A DNA stretch of 63,557 bases, the filler included, from Octopus bimaculoides (Eukaryota), in assembly GCF_001194135.2 (NCBI RefSeq). It is 4 parts of 4 records of this genome, joined end to end, with 100 filler letters (N's around TTAATTAATTAA, not from the genome) between each part and the next. Parts side by side here need not be neighbours in the genome. Positions count along the whole stretch, not along the records: positions 57,830 to 63,557 come from NC_068984.1; 3 more parts are not named here. One strand, written 5' to 3'. Under the pieces are notes generated by a model, which searched no databases, was not told where the DNA came from, and saw nothing but the letters and a program-made list of their open reading frames with translations. The position numbers were made by a program, and so were the translations under genes. Shown in pieces: positions 62,295 to 63,557 of the stretch; within the stretch, counting starts at the first letter, position 1, and every line of letters starts with the position of its first letter.

Positions 62295-62532
62295 ATCATC
62301 ATCATCATCATCGTCATCGTCATCATCATCGTCATCACTCTCCCATCATCACCATCACCACTACCACCATTCTCATCATCATCATCTTCGTTGTCATTGT
62401 CATCATCATCATCATCATCACTAACATAGCCACACCCCCTCATCATTAACATCATCATCATTACCATCACTAATACTCATTACCATCACCGCCGCCATCG
62501 TCGTCGTCGTTGTCATCATCGTCATCATCGTC
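62295..62532. repeat. (CAT)n/(CAC)n/(CGT)n low-complexity tract
   Basis: Directly visible; lies inside the Gypsy remnant. Confidence 0.95.
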
Positions 62533-63282
62533 ACGTTCACCCCAGCCAATATTACCAATAGATTCCAATCGTGACAACCCCATCTATAGGTGGTCTTTTG
62601 GGTAGGTGGTATTTTTCACATAAAATATTTCACAATCAAATGCTTTCATTTTTAACATTCGTCTTAAAGAACCTGCAAGTCACAGTTTCGGTTAACGACA
62701 TTTTTTGCTAAAATATATTCTAAATTGAGCCCAATTTAAATGGCAGAAAATTATGTGTTCTTCGAATACACCATAGAATCACCAAAGTCTGTTTCAATTC
62801 TTCAGCATTTTGTTTTTGTATCGCTTAACACTCTTAAGAAATTCAGAAAAGTTGTGATGCGAAAATATTTCTGCCATAACTTTTCGCTTGCATAATTTGC
62901 CACGGTAACAGTTTTCATTGTATCAAAAATCTGGGCCACTGTCTTTCATTCTTACATCAGCATTATACGTTCTAATGGTTTTTGCTGTTGGACTCCCCAT
63001 GAAAATGGGACTTCACATTTAGTAAGAAACGCAAGCATCAATATATAGTTTCAATAATGATCAATATATGATCAATAGATATTGTCGAGTCCAATAAATA
63101 AATAAATAAATGAAAATCAAGGGAAAAATTTTAATTTGCATTTTTCTTATGGATGTTTTCATTTGCTTGATTCTCGCAGATGAAAAATGACCCGGTAAAA
63201 GAGATTCCTTTGGCATCCTAAACCCCAATCCGCTGCAAGATAATCTATTTAGTTTCTTGTTTGTATCTCGACTTAGGATGAA

Positions 63283-63388
63283 AGGCAAAGTCGACTTCGA
63301 CGGAATTTGAGCTCAGAACATAAAGACAGATGAAAAGCCATGAAGCATTTTGTCCGGCATGCTAATGATTCTGCCAGCTTGCCGTCAT
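63283..63388 (-). mobile_element. SINE family B 5' part
   Basis: GGATGAAAGGCAAAGTCGACTTCGACGGAATTTGAGCTCAGAAC...TTCTGCCAGCTTGCCG. Confidence 0.85.
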
Positions 63389-63397
63389 AGAAACTGT

Positions 63398-63398
63398 A

Positions 63399-63461
<63 letters not shown>
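63398..63461. repeat. (TAA)n microsatellite
   Basis: Directly visible. Confidence 0.98.
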
Positions 63462-63462
<1 letters not shown>

Positions 63463-63471
63463 TGTAATGTT

Positions 63472-63557
63472 GACAGAAAAATACGAAAACTGTTGACAAT
63501 GCATAGAATGCACCACCCTAAGGCAGATATAGAACGTCTTTATCTGCCAAGAAAAGA
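63472..63557 (+). mobile_element. 5'-truncated R4/Dong-clade LINE (RT C-terminal motif), runs off the window
   Basis: DRKIRKLLTMHRMHHPKADIERLYLPRK matches the R4-clade motif DRKTRK.LT....HHP.AD..RLY.PR; begins 10 nt after a (TAA)n tract. Confidence 0.85.

Larger units (their letters stand above)
61300..63270 (-). mobile_element. Gypsy LTR-retrotransposon pol remnant (RT C-terminus, RNase H, integrase), heavily decayed and interrupted
   Basis: Minus frames: FIGLDNIY..LR.LLK.EVPFSWGVQQQK; FDTMKTVTVANYAS; RVLSDT..IE; LVILWCI..HNFL; LRRMLKMKAFDCEIFYVK; LILPNRL; LFLIVDA. RT-RH-IN order fits Gypsy. Confidence 0.7.

Overview
AT-rich, gap-ridden draft-assembly window of an animal genome, most likely octopus (inferred from the SINE families, extreme microsatellite load and mollusc-like protein). 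It has one clear protein-coding gene: a TENT5/FAM46 non-canonical poly(A) polymerase whose whole CDS lies in one exon (40145-41713, +) behind a strong splice acceptor, so its promoter and non-coding first exon lie upstream (best candidate about 36.4-36.55 kb). The rest is microsatellites, N-gaps, at least four tRNA-derived SINE families and decayed transposons: R4/Dong-type and RTE LINEs, piggyBac, mariner, Gypsy, a MITE-like hairpin and a Penelope-like element. Most long ORFs in the supplied track are microsatellite or N artefacts. I found no evidence of a new multi-gene system. Best leads: (1) a Penelope-like element bracketed by about 455-bp inverted arms with a hammerhead-ribozyme-like fold just beyond its 3' end; (2) a second hammerhead-like motif near 3.1 kb; (3) an unclassified about 550-bp element tied to (TAA/ATT)n tracts next to R4/Dong fragments; (4) a well-formed orphan 193-bp exon on the minus strand; (5) a CpG-depleted, same-orientation SINE pile-up downstream of TENT5. 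Family names are from memory of motifs, not database searches; most TE boundaries are approximate.
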